Shown piece after piece: positions 60,509-64,000 of a stretch of 64,000 nucleotides of DNA. Origin of the DNA: Nemertoderma westbladi (taxonomy: Eukaryota; Animalia; Xenacoelomorpha). The position numbers and the translations under genes were made by a program. The stretch spans positions 1 to 64,000 of the forward strand of contig JAUCBJ010006281.1 in the NCBI GenBank assembly GCA_032718475.1, given 5' to 3'. The notes beneath the pieces are model-generated. The model did not search any database. It was given only the letters and a program-made list of their open reading frames with translations, and was not told where the DNA came from. The stretch's first letter is position 1, and each line of letters opens with the position of its first letter.

Positions 60509-60782
60509 TTACTCTCGACCTCGTATAGATTAAAGAATACAATAACGGATGGCCTATCAGCAAACCAGCATTGGCAGAAACCTTAAAAGGTTGGAATTAT
60601 AGGATATAGTATTAAAATACCGGTTGTCAGGTTGTTAGGCCTACGAGAATACCGGTACTGCAAACTACAGTGACGTTTGTCGCCAATCCTATCCTTTAGA
60701 CTAGATTGTCACGATAGGGCCCAAACTTGAAATCAAACTGGAAGATCCAGCTGATGGTAATATACCGATACCAATAAGAATA

Positions 60783-63700
60783 ATGCCTTATGTGTTTCGC
60801 TTGAGCAATCTTCCAAAATTGGATCTCGAGGTGGAACGCTGCTCGGAATTTGAAGCATGGAAGAAGAAATGGAACTCATATCGACATCTTTCAGAATTAG
60901 TGCGGGAACCAGCAGAAAAACAGGTACAAGTACTCAATCTCTGTTTGTCTAATGAAACCTTAGCGATGGTAGACAACTTAGGCTTAACTGCTGAGCAGGC
61001 AGCAGATCAAGAGCAGGTACTTAGGCACCTTACAGCCCACATCAAAGGCCTGATAAATGAAAGTATAGAGCGACGTCGTTTACGACAACGGCGACAACAG
61101 ACTGGTGAGTCGTTTGACGATTTTCTTATCTCCTTAAGAGATCTTGAGAAAAACTGTAACTTTTGCAATGAACTATGCAAAAGTAAGGCAATACGTGACC
61201 AAATAATTGATGGAATTATTGACACAGATACGTCGGAGTTGCTTCTTTTAGAGAGGGACCTTACATTAGCGGATGCTGTATCAAAATCCCAAGCTTTGGA
61301 GTCAGCCAAACGTAATAATTCGAACTTAAATGCCATGGGGATGGGCACAGAAGTTAATGCATTAAACAGAAACCAGAGAGCTTCTTCTGGTACCGGTACT
61401 CCAGGAACCACTATTAATAGAAACAATAGATTTACATCTAGCAGTTCGGGTAGAAATAATGGAAGGCCTAATATTCCACACTCTTCAACAGGGGCACATA
61501 CTAATACATTTATTTGTACTAAATGTGGGCGGGCAGGATGTACCTTCAGATATTGTCCTGCACTATCGGCTACATGCCATAAGTGTGGCCGAAGGGGTCA
61601 CCTTCAAGCAGCTTGTAGGACAGTTTCAAATACTAGACGGGATGGTTTCCAAGCAAATTCACTATTTGTGAACAATTGGGATCCATCTGAGACTGATCAC
61701 TCTGGACAAGAGCAAGGTCAGTTCTCATACTTACACATGATCACAATTAATGGATTACAAAGTCAATCATCAGCCCCAAAAATAAATTTGGTCGCTAGAA
61801 GCTTGAATGGGTCAACAGTAATAAATGCTTTACCAGACACCGGTGCCGATATTTGTGCCGCAGGATTTTATTTGCTAGCCAAGCTAAATGAATGTGTAGA
61901 AAACCTTTTTTCTTCAGAAATCAATACAACTGCGGCAAATGGTCAAAGAATGATATCCAGTGGATTCATACCAGTTAATATTAGTTATAATAACATAGAA
62001 ACCACCGTTCGGTTTTATTTTTTCAGTGAATTAAAACGTTCTGTGATTATTTCTTGGGAAGCATCAAGAGCTCTTCACATTTTGCACCCAGATTATCCCT
62101 TACCATTAGTCAATGTGAGTTCTGTAGCATACAGCAAGAAAGAACAATCACCTGTAACAGAAAATCCATCAGCAGAGAATATTGTAGTAGGCCAGCTCCA
62201 GGAACCCTTGAATACAATTCGTGTTGACGATCTTAAGTTAAGGTTCCCGACTGTTTTAGATGGGCAGATTCGCACTATGCCTGGGGAAATATTTAAAATT
62301 CATCTTACAGAAAATGCGAAACCCTTTTGTGTACATACTCCCCGGACTGTTCCTTTTGCATTAATGGATAAATTACAGGCAGAAATTGAATTGCTAGTAA
62401 ACCAAGGTATTATTGCCCCAGTTACTGAACCTACAACATGGTGCTCACCAATTGTAGTTACCCCAAAGAAAGATTCTTCAAAAATAAGATTGTGTATAGA
62501 CCTTTCTAAACTAAACAAATATGTCAAGCGAGAATATTACCAATCGACAACTCCAGCCTTAGCTGTTGCTGATATATCGAAACAGGCAAAGTTTTTTACA
62601 GTCATAGATGCATTGAAAGGCTATCATCAGTGCCCAATGGATGAGGAAAGTCAATTACTGACTACATTTATAACTACATTTGGTCGATTTAAATTTTTAC
62701 GTGCACCATTCGGAGTGTCCTCCATATCTGAACACTACGATAGACGCATGGCTGAGGCCTTGGAAGGAATTTCAAATATCCGACGTGTTGTTGATGACAT
62801 CATTATATATGATGAGACACCAGAGAAACATTCAAAACATCTCATCGAAGTTTTCAATCGTTGCAGAGAGCGTGGAATCGCAATCAGTGTTGATAAAATG
62901 CAGTTATTTAAACGACAAGTAACTTTTGCAGGATATATTGTAAGTGAAAGTGGTTACAAGGTTGAACCTAGGATCACAGACTCCGTGCTTAACTTTCCTG
63001 CTCCAAGCTCTAGGACCGACATCCGTTCATTTTTTGGACTTGCAAATCAAGTAGCTAATGCAGTTCCAAATCTCACAGAAACACTGAGTCCTTTACGATC
63101 ACTCTTGTCCAGTAAACAAGAATTTCTTTGGACAGAAAATCATGATTTAGCTTTCGTGAAAGCAAAGAAGGTGTTATCTGAGGTGGATACATTATCATTC
63201 TATGACACTGATCATGAAACCAGACTGACGACAGATGCAAGCCGTGTTGGCTTAGGTTTTATACTGGCGCAGAAATCTGAAGGAACATGGCACCCGATCA
63301 TGTATGGATCAAGGTTTTTGCATGATGCAGAAACAAGATATGCTGTTGTGGAACTGGAAATGCTGGCTGTGGCATGGGGTATCTCCAAATGTAGACCATT
63401 TTTGTATGGCTTACCTCACTTTCAAGTAATAACAGACCACTATCCCATTGTGCCAATTATCAACAGCCACAGACTCGATGAAATAGAAAATCCATGTTTG
63501 CAGCGACTTAGAGCTAAGATAATGGCCTACAACATAACAGCTCAGTGGATCAAAGGTAGCAACAATGCAGCGGCTGATGCCTTATCTCGTCATCCATCCA
63601 CACCGGCAGAAATGATAGATGCCTTAGCAGAGGATGGTGTTTCAACTTTGGAACTTCGAGCGTTACAAACTGGACCAAGAGAATATGAGAATCTTCGCAT

Positions 63701-64000
63701 AACAGAACTAAGGGAGGCTGCAGAGTTGAATCAAAATTATCAAAGTCTCAGCAAACTCATCCTTAATGGTTTTCCAGACAACAAATCCAAGATATGTGAT
63801 GAGATGAAACCATACTGGAAATTTAGAGCAGACCTCTCTGTAGATGACGGTTTAGTACTCTGTGGATGCCGTCTTCTAATTCCACAAGCACTGCGTAACA
63901 CAATGTTGTATAGGATACATGAAGCTCATCAGGGGATCCAAAGGTTTCAAGCATATGCTAGGTTAACGATTTTCTGGCCAGATATTGATGCAGATATTAA
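60783..64000 (+). CDS. Ty3/Gypsy gag-pol polyprotein, single open frame running off the window
   Basis: Gag QQTGESFDDF...IRDQII; knuckle CHKCGRRGHLQAAC; PR LPDTGAD; RT LCIDLSKLN, IDALKGYHQ, VVDD; RH TDAS, ELE, TDH, ADALSR; IN IHEAHQG..FWP. Same frame at both ends; absent from the track, consistent with having no stop. Confidence 0.92.
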   Translation, partial: MPYVFRLSNLPKLDLEVERCSEFEAWKKKWNSYRHLSELVREPAEKQVQVLNLCLSNETLAMVDNLGLTAEQAADQEQVLRHLTAHIKGLINESIERRRLRQRRQQTGESFDDFLISLRDLEKNCNFCNELCKSKAIRDQIIDGIIDTDTSELLLLERDLTLADAVSKSQALESAKRNNSNLNAMGMGTEVNALNRNQRASSGTGTPGTTINRNNRFTSSSSGRNNGRPNIPHSSTGAHTNTFICTKCGRAGCTFRYCPALSATCHKCGRRGHLQAACRTVSNTRRDGFQANSLFVNNWDPSETDHSGQEQGQFSYLHMITINGLQSQSSAPKINLVARSLNGSTVINALPDTGADICAAGFYLLAKLNECVENLFSSEINTTAANGQRMISSGFIPVNISYNNIETTVRFYFFSELKRSVIISWEASRALHILHPDYPLPLVNVSSVAYSKKEQSPVTENPSAENIVVGQLQEPLNTIRVDDLKLRFPTVLDGQIRTMPGEIFKIHLTENAKPFCVHTPRTVPFALMDKLQAEIELLVNQGIIAPVTEPTTWCSPIVVTPKKDSSKIRLCIDLSKLNKYVKREYYQSTTPALAVADISKQAKFFTVIDALKGYHQCPMDEESQLLTTFITTFGRFKFLRAPFGVSSISEHYDRRMAEALEGISNIRRVVDDIIIYDETPEKHSKHLIEVFNRCRERGIAISVDKMQLFKRQVTFAGYIVSESGYKVEPRITDSVLNFPAPSSRTDIRSFFGLANQVANAVPNLTETLSPLRSLLSSKQEFLWTENHDLAFVKAKKVLSEVDTLSFYDTDHETRLTTDASRVGLGFILAQKSEGTWHPIMYGSRFLHDAETRYAVVELEMLAVAWGISKCRPFLYGLPHFQVITDHYPIVPIINSHRLDEIENPCLQRLRAKIMAYNITAQWIKGSNNAAADALSRHPSTPAEMIDALAEDGVSTLELRALQTGPREYENLRITELREAAELNQNYQSLSKLILNGFPDNKSKICDEMKPYWKFRADLSVDDGLVLCGCRLLIPQALRNTMLYRIHEAHQGIQRFQAYARLTIFWPDIDADI

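Overview
AT-rich animal (invertebrate-type) genomic DNA with spliceosomal introns; no prokaryotic genes, CRISPR array, rRNA or intact tRNA. The host content is a tandem pair of rhodopsin-class (class A) GPCR genes on the + strand, which the ORF track splits up. Copy 1 is complete: 6 exons, 4850-11053, 317 aa, DRF and NSCINFFLY motifs of the FMRFamide/sex-peptide/GPR139-142-like group. Copy 2 shows only exons 1-3 (37007-46824); its third intron is >17 kb and runs off the window. The rest is transposable-element and repeat DNA: two RTE LINE families with (TAG)n tails, decayed CR1/L2-group LINEs, a near full-length two-ORF RTEX-like LINE, a Sola1-like DNA transposon, two nested Gypsy LTR elements (one with an open gag-pol), tRNA-derived SINEs, MITEs, a Penelope GIY-YIG relic and four tandem-repeat arrays. 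Most notable unannotated signals: three unrelated, degenerate hammerhead-ribozyme motifs; a LINE inserted into the loop of a perfect 32-bp hairpin; splice-site oddities and a shared CCAAT/TATA promoter footprint in the GPCR pair; an RFX X-box cluster; and an orphan ORF with a GPI-like tail inside an intron. All calls come from manual reading; no database searches or folding programs were run, and the species cannot be identified.
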